From Planctomycetota bacterium (GTDB lineage Bacteria; Planctomycetota; MHYJ01; WSZJ01): a DNA stretch of 64,000 bases. Each line of letters opens with the position of its first letter. Position 1 is the stretch's first letter. Under the pieces are notes generated by a model, which worked only from the letters and a program-made list of their open reading frames with translations, did not search any database and had not been told where the DNA came from. Positions 47,418 through 57,230 of the stretch are shown piece after piece. The DNA lies in the NCBI GenBank assembly GCA_038060895.1, contig JBBTCT010000031.1:52486-116485 (forward strand). The letters are read 5' to 3'. Position numbers and translations under genes: made by a program.

Positions 47418-47933
47418 GTGAAGGTCTTCTACCTCATCGTCCTCCCCCTCGCGATCCATGCCTCGTGCGTGTCCGTCGTGGTCGCGATGATTGCCGCCCC
47501 GGCGGACCGGATTTCGATCGGTGACCGCGCGTTCATCATCGTAATGGCGCTGGGTTTCTCGGCCTGCACGGCCGTCATGTTCGGGCCTGACTTTTCCATT
47601 TTGAAGAGGGACAGGCGGGCGGCCTGGAGAAGCCTCCTCGCCGTCGTGAAGGCTCTTCAGTCACAGAATGCGCTGCGTATCAGTGACCCGGCGTGGACCT
47701 CTGGGGGTCACAACCTCGCCCGGTGGGCCGATCGCGGCTACCGCCGCGCGATCGAGATCATCGAAACCACGCCGCCCGGGGAGGGCGAGGCGAAGTCCGA
47801 CTGGATCGCGCGACTGCGCGCGCGGCTCGTGGAAGCAAGGGGGGCTTTCGCGACCGACGCAGAGGATGTGGACGGCGGCGCGACGGGGGCTGTGGGGGAC
47901 GCGATTGAGAAGCTCGAGGAAACACTGCTTTAG
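47418..47933 (+). CDS. Hypothetical membrane protein
   Basis: Two N-terminal TM segments followed by a helical domain. Confidence 0.5.
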   Translation: MKVFYLIVLPLAIHASCVSVVVAMIAAPADRISIGDRAFIIVMALGFSACTAVMFGPDFSILKRDRRAAWRSLLAVVKALQSQNALRISDPAWTSGGHNLARWADRGYRRAIEIIETTPPGEGEAKSDWIARLRARLVEARGAFATDAEDVDGGATGAVGDAIEKLEETLL

Positions 47934-48169
47934 GCCAGCGTCCGCTATCGGAACTGTCCCATATTGAGCATTCCGGGATCGCAATCGCCCCGGTCCAGCA
48001 AACTCCATAGGGAGTGAAAGTTCGGCTGGAAGCCCGTCGAGTACACCCACAACCCGGTGCCAAAAGCATGAGCATCCGGCCTTCGGACGCGGTCGCCATC
48101 GATCAACAGATCGGTCACCTGGATTGCATGCCGGACGACAACCCCGCGAGCGCCACGGCCGCAGCGAGG

Positions 48170-49357
48170 TTATGCCAGTGCACAGACAAATCTCTCCACC
48201 CTGTCCAGCCCCTTCTCCAGCGCGCCCATCGAGGTCGCGTAGCTGATGCGGATGTGCTTGTCGGTGCCGAAGGCAACGCCGGGAACCGCGGCGACTTTCT
48301 CTTTCTCGAGAAGCGCTTCGCAGAACGTCAGCGAGTCGGTCACTTTCTTTCCGCCGATGCTCTTGCCATACAGGCCATCGACGCGGATGAGAATGTAGAA
48401 GGCCCCATGGGGCTCGGCCGCCGAGACGCCGGGGATCTTCTTGATCCGCTCGAAGCAGAATTTGCGGCGCTTGTCGAACTCCCTGATCATCCCCTCGGTG
48501 AACGACTCGTCGAGAATCATCGCGGCGAGGGCGGCGTGCTGGCTCGGCGTCGCGGTGTTGGCGGTCATGTGGCCCTGGAGGCGGTCGCAGGCGTCGACGA
48601 CGTCCTTCGGCGCGGCGCAGTAGCCCACCCGCCAGCCGGTCATCGACCAGGTCTTCGAAAAGCCTCCGACAATTGCGGCCTGCTCGCGCAGCTCCGGGAC
48701 GAGCTGCAGGATCGAGTGGTGCTTCTTCCCATCGTAGATCATCTTCTCGTAGATCTCGTCGCTGACGACGAAGACCTTCTTCTCGACGCAAAACTTTCCG
48801 ATCTCGATCAGCTCCTTCTCGTCGTACACCGCGCCGGTCGGGTTGTTCGGCGTGTTGATCACAATCATCTTCGTTTTCGGCGTCCATGCCTTCTTCACGG
48901 CGTCCGCCGTCAGCATGAAGCCCTTCTCTTCGGGACACGGCACAAACACCGGGTTCGCGCCGGCAAGCTGCGCCATCGCGGGAGTCGAGAGCCAGTACGG
49001 CGACGGAATCAGGACGTCATCGCCTTCATCGCAGAGCACGAACTGCAGGTCGAAGAGGCACTGCTTGGCGCCGACCGACACGAACACCTGCGTGTGGTCG
49101 TACTTGAGCCCGTTCTCGGCGAGCAGCTTTTCCGCGATGGCGCGGCGCAGGCTCGGCATCCCGATGGACGGCGTGTACTTCGTCTGGTTTTCCCGGATCG
49201 CCTTGATCGCCGCGTCCTTCACCGGCTGCGGCGTGTCGAAGTCCGGCTCCCCCGCCGAGAGCGAGATCACGTCCTCGCCCTTCTCGCGAAGCGCCGCCGC
49301 CTTCGCCGCGATGGCGAGCGTGAGCGAGGGCGGGACAGCCTTGATGCGGCGGTTCAT
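48170..49357 (-). CDS. PLP-dependent aminotransferase class I/II (aspartate aminotransferase-like)
   Basis: 'AGEPDFDTP', 'NTPNNPTG', 'SDEIY', 'GFSKTWSMTGWRVGY'. Confidence 0.95.
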   Translation of the reverse strand: MNRRIKAVPPSLTLAIAAKAAALREKGEDVISLSAGEPDFDTPQPVKDAAIKAIRENQTKYTPSIGMPSLRRAIAEKLLAENGLKYDHTQVFVSVGAKQCLFDLQFVLCDEGDDVLIPSPYWLSTPAMAQLAGANPVFVPCPEEKGFMLTADAVKKAWTPKTKMIVINTPNNPTGAVYDEKELIEIGKFCVEKKVFVVSDEIYEKMIYDGKKHHSILQLVPELREQAAIVGGFSKTWSMTGWRVGYCAAPKDVVDACDRLQGHMTANTATPSQHAALAAMILDESFTEGMIREFDKRRKFCFERIKKIPGVSAAEPHGAFYILIRVDGLYGKSIGGKKVTDSLTFCEALLEKEKVAAVPGVAFGTDKHIRISYATSMGALEKGLDRVERFVCALA

Positions 49358-50331
49358 TCGCGGAGTTTCTTCACCTCGGCCGTCAGAGCGGGCAGAACCT
49401 CGAAGACGTCGCCGACGATGCCGTAGTTCGCAATCTTGAAAATCGGCGCGTCGGGATCCTTGTTGATCGCGACGATGAACTTCGAAGAGCTCATACCGGC
49501 GAGGTGCTGGATCGCGCCGGAAATACCGCACGCGATGTACAGCGTCGGGCTCACCGTCTTACCGGTCTGCCCGACCTGCTCCTCATGCGTCCGCCACCCG
49601 GCGTCCACCACCGCGCGCGACGCCCCGTGCGCCCCGCCGAACGCCGCGGCAAGATCGGTGATGAGCCCCCAGTTCTCAGGACCCTTCATCCCGCGGCCGC
49701 CGCTCACGATGACGCTCGACTCAGTCAGCTCCATTTTCTTCGAAGCGCTCGCCAGGATCTCCTTCACGACCGCGCGGAAGTCCGCGTCCTGCGCGTCGAT
49801 CGGCAGGCTCTCGACGGCGACCGACTTCGAAGCGTCCGGCGCGGCGGTTTTGAAAACGTTCGGCCGAAGCGTCGCGAGGAGCGGCCCCGACTTCACGGCG
49901 ACGGTGGCGTACGCCTTGCCCGCGTACACCGGGCGCTTCGCGAGAATCCGCCCGCCTTCGACGTGCAGTTCGGTGCAATCCTGCGCGACGCTCGTCCCGA
50001 GCATGCCGGCGACGTGTCCGGCGAGATCCTTTCCAAGCGCGGTCGCGCTGATGAGAATCGCCGAAGCGCCGTCGCCCAGTTTCGCGACGACTCGCGCGTA
50101 CGCGGCATTCGCATACGTCTTGAGCCTCGCATGGTCCGCGACCTTGATCGCGTCGGCGCCGTACTGCGCGAATTCCTTCGCGGCGTCCGCAATTCCTGCG
50201 CCGGCCGTCACGGCATGAAGCGGCACGCCGAGTGCGGTCGCGAGCCGCCGCCCCTCGCTCAGCGCCTCAAACGAGGCCCGCTTGAATTTCCCGTCGCGCT
50301 GTTCCACGAACACGAGCACCGGACCTGGCAT
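49354..50331 (-). CDS. etfA: Electron transfer flavoprotein alpha subunit
   Basis: 'VSGGRGM', 'GASRAVVDAGW', 'QVGQTGKTVSPTLYIACGISGAIQHLAGM'. Confidence 0.97.
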   Translation of the reverse strand: MPGPVLVFVEQRDGKFKRASFEALSEGRRLATALGVPLHAVTAGAGIADAAKEFAQYGADAIKVADHARLKTYANAAYARVVAKLGDGASAILISATALGKDLAGHVAGMLGTSVAQDCTELHVEGGRILAKRPVYAGKAYATVAVKSGPLLATLRPNVFKTAAPDASKSVAVESLPIDAQDADFRAVVKEILASASKKMELTESSVIVSGGRGMKGPENWGLITDLAAAFGGAHGASRAVVDAGWRTHEEQVGQTGKTVSPTLYIACGISGAIQHLAGMSSSKFIVAINKDPDAPIFKIANYGIVGDVFEVLPALTAEVKKLRE

Positions 50332-50360
50332 GAGCTTCTCCTGTTGAAGTCGTCTTTCCC

Positions 50361-50480
50361 CGCCGGCGCAGCCGGCGGCCCTCAACCTTAACCTTTCCCT
50401 TTACCTTAACCCTGCGCGACCCGCAGACAGGGGAAAGGTTAAGGGAAAGGTTAAGGTTAAGGGGGCGCGCTTCGCGCGCC
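50361..50480. repeat. Periodic palindromic element flanked by GC mini-hairpins
   Basis: 18-bp IR AACCTTAACCTTTCCCTT (50384-50401)/AAGGGAAAGGTTAAGGTT (50441-50458); flanks cgccggcgcagccggcg and ggcgcgcttcgcgcgcc. Confidence 0.8.
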
Positions 50481-50487
50481 GTCCTCT

Positions 50488-51240
50488 TCAGATTACCTTC
50501 GCTTCTTCCCTCAGCAACCTCATCAACGCCGGCACCGCTTCTTTCCCCGTCCCGACGATCCTCGGCGCAGGCCGCCCGGGAGGATTGTCCAGTTTCACGA
50601 GTTCCATCCGCGACTCGCCCGCGGCCGCCGGCTTTTCCTCGAGCGGTTTTTTCTTCGCCGCCATGATCCCCTTGAGGCTTGCGAAACGCGGCTCGTTGAG
50701 CCCCTTCTGCGCGGAAAACGCCGCGGGAAGCGCGACCTCGACGACTTCGATGCCGCCCTCAATGGGACGGTGGACGGTCGCGTTGCGTCCGTTCAGTTCG
50801 ATTTTCGTGACGACGCCGACGTACGGCAATCCAAGAATCGTCGCCGTTTCCGCGGCGATCTGCGCGCCGTCGTCGTCGATGGCTTTGTTGCCGAAGAGCA
50901 GCAGGTCGAGCGCCTTGCCCTTGAGTTCGGCCGCGAGCGCCTGGGCGGTCGCGATGAAATCACGGCCGGTGGAGCCTTCCTTGAGATGAATCCCCTTGTC
51001 AGCGCCCATCGCCAGCGCCTTCCGGATAGTTTCCGCCGACTCCGGCCCGCCGAGCGCGAGGATGGTGACCTCGCCCGCGCCGGCTTTCTCCTTGATCTTC
51101 AGCGCTTCCTCGACGGCGTATTCGTCGTAGGGGTTCAGCACGTACTCGACGCCGGCCGGGTCGATTGTCCGGTTGTCAGCGCCGACCTTGATGCGCGCGG
51201 AGGAGTCCGGCACACGCTTCACGCAGACGACGATGTTCAT
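50488..51240 (-). CDS. etfB: Electron transfer flavoprotein beta subunit
   Basis: 'MNIVVCVKRVPD', 'NPYDEYAVEEAL', 'ALAMGAD', 'NEPRFASLKGIMAAKKK'. Confidence 0.97.
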   Translation of the reverse strand: MNIVVCVKRVPDSSARIKVGADNRTIDPAGVEYVLNPYDEYAVEEALKIKEKAGAGEVTILALGGPESAETIRKALAMGADKGIHLKEGSTGRDFIATAQALAAELKGKALDLLLFGNKAIDDDGAQIAAETATILGLPYVGVVTKIELNGRNATVHRPIEGGIEVVEVALPAAFSAQKGLNEPRFASLKGIMAAKKKPLEEKPAAAGESRMELVKLDNPPGRPAPRIVGTGKEAVPALMRLLREEAKVI

Positions 51241-51600
51241 CTTAAGTCCTTGTGGATAAATGACTTATGGATTCATTGTTCGGCCTCGTATGCCGGAGAG
51301 GCGCATCATAGCCCGCACGAGGACAGTGTCAACCATCAGGAAAGAATGAGTGGCAGGTGCGAGGCAAAGAACGGCGACCGGGGCGCCACATCATCGATCA
51401 ACGATCGAGGCCAACGAGATCCCTCGGCTCCCCGCCGTAGTCTCCCGGCGAGACGCGGTCAGACTGCAATTCCCCCCCTCCATTTTTGTTCTGACTCGTC
51501 CACTCGATTCCAAGATTTAGGCAACTTCGGATCCACTCAAGTCGCGAACGAGGGCCAGCACAGTGGTCAAATGCCTACTGGGTCCCTTCTTCGGTCATTT

Positions 51601-52467
51601 CTATCGGTGAATCCCCCAAGGGTCATTGATTTCCGCCTCGGTCTTGCATCCGCAAAGCCACATGATGCGAGCGGAATACTTGCAGTAAACCAAGTCATCC
51701 ATGTCGCCCGGGCCGTCTGCCTGCCATGAAGCTGGCGGATTTGCGTTGTACGGCTCGTGCTCCGCAATGGTGACAATCGTGAAGTCCTTCAGATCGCAGA
51801 TTTTCCGCCAGCAGAATGTCTTGTCCTTACAACGCCCAGCTGCGATATCCAACAACATGTCTTGGATGCGTTCCCGAACCCACTTTCGGATTTTCATGAA
51901 GTCAGTCAAGGTGTCTTCCATCATCACGGATAGGGTCCCAGGCCCCGCCTCCGCCCCCCCAGGACGGGCACCGAAGCTGCCGTCCTTGAGTTTTCTCACT
52001 CGCGCGCTTGGCATCGCGAATGGGATCTCGATGGAGTCGCTGCCTGATTTGTCGCCGCACGGACTGTTCCCTTCGTCCATCATGCGGTTTTCCCAGTCAA
52101 CGATCTCCGCGTTTTGCCAGTCCTCGGCCATAGGCTCGGTAGTGCGAGGATGATGCTTCCTCATCGGCTTTGCATCGTCAACTAGTCCTCCGTTTCCTCC
52201 TCCCCCTGGCGGCTCGTCGAAAAACGGCCCACTATAGTCCCCATCGCCTGCTTGCAGAATTCTCTGGTCAGCAGCGAATTGTGCGAGTTGCCCTGGGTCG
52301 GCTTTACGATGAACTCCGACCTGAAAGAGTGATATATTTTCAACAAATTTGAGTTGGGGAAGTCCGCGAGCAGAGGTCTCTCGAGTGGAGGAATTCTGGC
52401 TTCGCTGATTCTCCCAGCGAATGAGGGCATTATGCAAATCGGCCATCGGGTCGTCTTGGTGGTTCAT
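51601..52467 (-). CDS. Hypothetical protein (lower GC, Cys-rich C-terminus)
   Basis: Long ORF in a visibly less GC-rich segment, downstream of the sigma-like gene. Confidence 0.5.
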   Translation of the reverse strand: MNHQDDPMADLHNALIRWENQRSQNSSTRETSARGLPQLKFVENISLFQVGVHRKADPGQLAQFAADQRILQAGDGDYSGPFFDEPPGGGGNGGLVDDAKPMRKHHPRTTEPMAEDWQNAEIVDWENRMMDEGNSPCGDKSGSDSIEIPFAMPSARVRKLKDGSFGARPGGAEAGPGTLSVMMEDTLTDFMKIRKWVRERIQDMLLDIAAGRCKDKTFCWRKICDLKDFTIVTIAEHEPYNANPPASWQADGPGDMDDLVYCKYSARIMWLCGCKTEAEINDPWGIHR

Positions 52468-52516
52468 CGCCGAGTCTCTCAAATGTGAAGTATCTGTCTG
52501 TTTTCGCGCGGGAAAG

Positions 52517-53062
52517 TCAATCTGTCGCCGGCAATTCCCTCCACTCGCGGTCAGTCATCGAAGTAAGCGACTGCCCTTTTCGTTCTAGAGCCACCTTTAA
52601 CTTCCGCAAGGCCTTTGCCTTGTTCTCCGAGAGCGCCTGGGGTGTGATGCCGAGCGCCCTTGCGGATGTCGCGATGTTCCAGCCTCGGAAAACTGTGAAG
52701 TTGACCGCGAGCAACTGAGCTGTCGTAAGCTCCAGTAGCGCATTCATGAGCACCTGAAGGCCGGGCCTTGTCAGGTGTTCGTTGTCATGCTCCGGTTCCC
52801 GTCTCAAGCCCCGTAGGTAGTGTTGCAAAATCCTCTGCTGGGTCCGGGACTTCCGCCTCACCTCCTTAAGAACGAGCTTCGATGCCGTCACCAGCCAACC
52901 AGCGAGAGGCTCCGCCGTCTTCCCAGCCTGAATGGCATTCATCGCTCGAATCGCCGCTTCCGAGATGACGTCGTCTGCCAATTCGACGGGAATTTTGCGT
53001 TTTTTAAAGTACGCCCGCGCTGCACCGATCGCGCTCTCCCACATTCTGGGACTCGGAGACAT
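52517..53062 (-). CDS. ECF-like sigma-70 factor (divergent)
   Basis: Region-2-like 'ADDVISEAAIR...GWLVTAS'; region-4-like 'ARALGITPQALSENKAKALRKLK'; AGGA RBS. Confidence 0.7.
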   Translation of the reverse strand: MSPSPRMWESAIGAARAYFKKRKIPVELADDVISEAAIRAMNAIQAGKTAEPLAGWLVTASKLVLKEVRRKSRTQQRILQHYLRGLRREPEHDNEHLTRPGLQVLMNALLELTTAQLLAVNFTVFRGWNIATSARALGITPQALSENKAKALRKLKVALERKGQSLTSMTDREWRELPATD

Positions 53063-53286
53063 GTTTCTTTCCTTCTTGTGCACCCCCATCTAATGGCCCC
53101 AACGTGACTTTCCGCAGGGTCAAAAATCCGACTTCTTCCAAAAAGTGTACTCTCCGCTTTAAGTCCCTGCACAGGCTTGACATGCCAATCGGATCCGCAC
53201 CGAGGTGCGTTGCGGCCGGGAGTCGATGCGAAATTTTGAACCTCACCTGTCTCGTAGGCCGGATGGTGTGAGTAGAATCTCACCTC

Positions 53287-55449
53287 ATGAAATGGCTGTC
53301 GACACTTCGCCAGACGCTCCATCATCACTCGCAGGCGCGTCGCGGGTTGGAAGCTCTGGTCGTTGCGCTGGTGGTTGGCGCCGCCCTCTCGCTCGCCGGC
53401 AGAAATGAGGTTCTCGATCACTTTGAAAGGGGAACTCTTGATGACCGGTTCAACTGGTACGCCAACCCTGCGAAAGTCCACGAGGACATCGTCGTCGTGG
53501 AGCTGACAGACGACGACCTCGACTCCGTTTACAAAGTGAACAAGCAGGTTTGGCCATGGCCGCGCTCGGCCTATGCACTCGCCGTCGATTGGCTTACGTC
53601 CGCCGGAGCAAAGGCGGTGTTTCTCGACTTCTCTTTCCAGGACGATCACGGTCGCTACCCCGAGCAGGACAAACGGCTTAGCGAAAAGGTCACCGCAGCC
53701 GGAAACGTGTACATCCTCGCAACGTTCAACGCGCCCGTGCAACGGTTCGAGGAACGAATCCCGGCGCTACACTCCCGGGCGACGGGAACGGCACCGGCAT
53801 GGATGAAGTCTTACCCGACGATTACAGGCCCGCTGGACGCTCTCATCACCGGAGCCAAGGGGATTGTCAGCCCAACCTATGGGGTTGATGAAAATGACCC
53901 GGAAGGCGTTGCTCGACGCTACCCGATCGGGCATGCGCACGGTGGAAGGGCATTTCCATCTCCAGCCGTCGCTCTTGCCGCCGACTACCTCGGCCAGCCG
54001 GTCGCGCTCGACGGTCGCGGAGCTTCGATCGGGGACCGGCGCATCGACATCGACGAACGCGGTCTGTTCTCATTGAACTGGAAGGCGAAGTGCCGCGAGT
54101 ACAACCCGAAGCGCTTCACGCTCGCGGGAATCATCGCGAACAAACAAGGCAAGGCTGCGGAGAAGTACGATCCCGAGGAGTTTCGCGGGAAAATCGTGCT
54201 GATCGGCGCCGCAGCGGAGGGGCTCAACGACTTCAAGGCCTCCCCACTATCCCGCGTCCTGGGAGTCGAGATCCACGCTGCTGCGTTGGACACCATCCTT
54301 CAGAACGAGATTGTGCACCGAGTACCCTACGGGGTCGTGGTCGCCGCGATCTTCGGGCTTGCGCTTCTCGCCGCCGCCGCAGGGATCCGAATGCGCATCC
54401 GCTTTCTCGTCCCGCTGGTCATCGCCGTTGCCGCCGGATACGTCGGCCTGGCGTTCTGGCTGCTTGGGCACCGGCAGATCTGGCTCGACGTGGTTTCCCC
54501 GGTGACGGCGCTCGTTCTGGCTACGACCGGCTCCGCGCTCGTGAACTACGCCGTCGAAGGGCGGCAGAAGCGCGACATCCGGTCGAAGTTCGGGACGTAC
54601 CTGACGCCGGAGTACGTGACGATGCTCGAGGAGAACCCGGGGCTCTTCAAGCTCGGCGGCGAGGAGCGCGTCGGCACGGCGTTCTTCAGCGACCTCTCCG
54701 GGTTCACGGCGATGTCCGAGAAGATGACCGCTTCCGAGCTCGTCTCGCGCATGAACGAATACCTGACGCTCATGACGAACTCGATCAAGCGCTTCAAGGG
54801 GACGGTGGACAAGTACGAAGGCGACGCGATCGTGGCGTTCTGGAACGCGCCGATCGAGCAGAAGGACCATGCGGTGCTGGCGTGCCGTGCGGCGCTGGAC
54901 AACCAGAAGGAGCTGGCGGGGTTGCGGGAGCGGTGGATGAAGTCGTACGGGGTGTCGGTGCTGGCGCGGATCGGGCTGAACACGGGGAAGATGATTTTCG
55001 GGAACATGGGAAGCGACGACAAATTCAACTACACGATGATGGGCGACCCCGTGAACCTGGCGGCGCGGCTGGAGAGCGCGAATAAGGACTACGGGACGTA
55101 CCTGATGATCGGGCAGGACACGTACGAGCTGGTGAAGGACGTGATGGAGTGCCGGGAGCTGGACCTGATCAAAGTGAAGGGAAAGCAGATTCCCGTGACG
55201 GTTTACGAGCTTTTGTGCGAAAAAGGGCGGCTCGAACCGCGAACCCGGGAGTGTCTTGACCGCTATAACCTCGGGTTGCAGGCCTACCGTCTGAAGCAAT
55301 TCCTCGCGGCGGAGCAGAGGTTTCTCGAAGCGCTGGAGATCGACCCGAAGGACAGCCCGTCGAAGTTGTATGTGGAGAGGTCGCGGGCGCTGGTGGAGAA
55401 GCCGCCGGAGCCGGGGTGGACTTACATTTACGAGAAGAAAGACAAATAG
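53287..55449 (+). CDS. CHASE2-domain class III adenylate cyclase with C-terminal TPR
   Basis: CHASE2 'WPWPRSAYA', 'GVEIHA'; 3 TM; catalytic 'FSDLSGFT', 'DKYEGDA', 'YTMMGDPVNLAARLE'. Confidence 0.95.
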   Translation: MKWLSTLRQTLHHHSQARRGLEALVVALVVGAALSLAGRNEVLDHFERGTLDDRFNWYANPAKVHEDIVVVELTDDDLDSVYKVNKQVWPWPRSAYALAVDWLTSAGAKAVFLDFSFQDDHGRYPEQDKRLSEKVTAAGNVYILATFNAPVQRFEERIPALHSRATGTAPAWMKSYPTITGPLDALITGAKGIVSPTYGVDENDPEGVARRYPIGHAHGGRAFPSPAVALAADYLGQPVALDGRGASIGDRRIDIDERGLFSLNWKAKCREYNPKRFTLAGIIANKQGKAAEKYDPEEFRGKIVLIGAAAEGLNDFKASPLSRVLGVEIHAAALDTILQNEIVHRVPYGVVVAAIFGLALLAAAAGIRMRIRFLVPLVIAVAAGYVGLAFWLLGHRQIWLDVVSPVTALVLATTGSALVNYAVEGRQKRDIRSKFGTYLTPEYVTMLEENPGLFKLGGEERVGTAFFSDLSGFTAMSEKMTASELVSRMNEYLTLMTNSIKRFKGTVDKYEGDAIVAFWNAPIEQKDHAVLACRAALDNQKELAGLRERWMKSYGVSVLARIGLNTGKMIFGNMGSDDKFNYTMMGDPVNLAARLESANKDYGTYLMIGQDTYELVKDVMECRELDLIKVKGKQIPVTVYELLCEKGRLEPRTRECLDRYNLGLQAYRLKQFLAAEQRFLEALEIDPKDSPSKLYVERSRALVEKPPEPGWTYIYEKKDK

Positions 55450-55459
55450 GAGAACGCGC

Positions 55460-56134
55460 ATGAGACGCAAGGTGTTGATGGGCGGCTGGTACGCCATCGC
55501 GATCGCCGGGTTGCTCGTCGCGGACGAGTACCGCGTGACGATCAAGGAGGCGTTCCTGTTCAAGGAGCCGGACCCGTGGGCCGAAACGGCCGGCTCGATT
55601 GCCTGGGGAAAAACGGTGACGACGACGGGCGCCGCGAACGGGGATTTCTACCCGGTCAAGGGGCCCAACGGCGAAACGGGCTGGATCGCCAAGTCGGACG
55701 TGCAGGACCCGAAGGACTTTGAAGCGGGGACTGCGGGGACGAAGAACGACAAGGGCGCGCAGGAAGGCGCCTACGTCAAGGGGTTCGACCCCGAAGTCGA
55801 GGACAAGGCGAAGGCGGATGATGCGACGCTCGCGAAGTACCTCGCCGAGGAAGTCCTGCCCCTCGTCTGGGACACGCGCGGCAGCAAGGCGGTCGAAGAC
55901 AAGGAAGAGGACATCGAGCGCTTCGTGCTCAAGCACCCGCTGAACGCGCGCGGGGAGAAGGACCCGAACCTTTCCGACGCCGAGAATGCCAACCTGGCGA
56001 GCCAGTGGAAGCACCTGAACGAAGAGCTCATCCCGCTGAAGCAGGCGGTCGAGCCGATCCGTTCGAAGTGGCAGGCCGAGTTGCGCGCTTTCCGCCAGTC
56101 GGGGCAGATCGGCGAATTCGCGGGGAGGAAATAA
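55460..56134 (+). CDS. Exported SH3b-like domain protein
   Basis: Signal/TM; 'LFKEPDPWAETAGSIAWG...FYPVKGPNGETGWIAKSDV'; ends 'RAFRQSGQIG'. Confidence 0.75.
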   Translation: MRRKVLMGGWYAIAIAGLLVADEYRVTIKEAFLFKEPDPWAETAGSIAWGKTVTTTGAANGDFYPVKGPNGETGWIAKSDVQDPKDFEAGTAGTKNDKGAQEGAYVKGFDPEVEDKAKADDATLAKYLAEEVLPLVWDTRGSKAVEDKEEDIERFVLKHPLNARGEKDPNLSDAENANLASQWKHLNEELIPLKQAVEPIRSKWQAELRAFRQSGQIGEFAGRK

Positions 56135-56136
56135 CC

Positions 56137-56940
56137 ATGAAGAAACTCTTCGGCAAGAACCTGATCCCTCTTCTGTTTCCGGTCATCGTCTGGGGCTGCA
56201 CGGCTCTTCAGAGGGCGGCGCACGGGGATTTCACGGGCGCGGCGGTGGAGGGCGGCAAGGCGGTCGTGGGCACGGGGATCCGGATGATCGAGAAGTACTG
56301 CGAGGACACGGACCAGGTGAACATCTCGCAGGAGTACTACGTCGGCCGGGGTTCGGCGGCGAACGTCTTCTCGAAGTACAAGCGGGTCCATGACCCGGCG
56401 CTGGAGCGCTACGTGCGCAAGGTCGGCGAAACGGTCGGGCGCGCCGCGAAGTCGAGCGGCGCCGTCGGGCTGGACGGCGCGGCCCTGCAGGAACCGTACA
56501 AGGGGTACTTCTTCGCGGTCATCGAGGACCGGCACGTGAACGCGTTCTCGGCGCCCGGAGGGTTCGTGTTCATCACGACCGCGGCTCTTCGGGCCATGAA
56601 GACCGAAGACGAGCTGGCCTGCGTGCTCGCTCACGAGATCGGGCACGTGATGGACCGGCACGGGATCCGCTACGTCCTGGAGCAGCAGAAGTTCAGCATC
56701 CCGTTCGAGGCTGTCGGCGAGGAAGTCGCGGCGCGTTCGCCGGAGCTGGTCGGCAAGTACGCCAAGCAGTTCACCGGCATGTGCGGCGAGCTGGCGACGA
56801 AGGCGGCGGGCGGTCTCGGAACGGAGTACGAGCTGAAGGCGGACGAGCTGGGCGCGAAGTTCGCGGCCAATGCCGGCTACGACCCGCAAGGGCTCATCGA
56901 ATTCATCAAGCGCACGCGCCACGGGGAGGACCTCAAGTGA
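56137..56940 (+). CDS. M48 family metallopeptidase lipoprotein lacking the C-terminal HP..RI segment
   Basis: Lipobox VWGC; 'VNAFSAPGGFVFIT', 'EDELACVLAHEIGH', 'ELKADELG', 'GYDP'. Confidence 0.9.
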   Translation: MKKLFGKNLIPLLFPVIVWGCTALQRAAHGDFTGAAVEGGKAVVGTGIRMIEKYCEDTDQVNISQEYYVGRGSAANVFSKYKRVHDPALERYVRKVGETVGRAAKSSGAVGLDGAALQEPYKGYFFAVIEDRHVNAFSAPGGFVFITTAALRAMKTEDELACVLAHEIGHVMDRHGIRYVLEQQKFSIPFEAVGEEVAARSPELVGKYAKQFTGMCGELATKAAGGLGTEYELKADELGAKFAANAGYDPQGLIEFIKRTRHGEDLK

Positions 56941-57170
56941 GAATCAACGCAAAATCCCTGGCGGCGGGCGCTGTCCTCGCGGCGACCGCGTTCCTGGGCG
57001 GCTGCGCCTCCTCCGGTTATCCCGACACGGAAGAGCGCATCGAGAATATCGACACGACGATCAAGAAGGGAAACCTGCAGGGCCGCGGCAACGAGTCGCG
57101 CGACCAGAGGTTCGAAAAGGACGTGTCCAAGAGCCCGTCGATTCCCGCGGCGGCGCCTCCACCGAAGTAG
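56937..57170 (+). CDS. Small lipoprotein carrying an M48 C-terminal-like segment
   Basis: GTGA overlap, GGAGG upstream; signal 'MRINAKSLAAGAVLAATAFLGGC' then 'ASSGYPDTEERIENI'. Confidence 0.75.
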   Translation: MRINAKSLAAGAVLAATAFLGGCASSGYPDTEERIENIDTTIKKGNLQGRGNESRDQRFEKDVSKSPSIPAAAPPPK

Positions 57171-57230
57171 CGATTCCCGGAAAGGGCGGGCCCCCGGTCC
57201 GCCCTTTCCGCTCTCTTTCCGGAGACTGAG

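Noticed and set aside
48020-48075. Fragment translating as 'KPVEYTHNPV', reminiscent of a RAYT/Y1 transposase motif
   Set aside because: Too short to distinguish from chance; no supporting ORF
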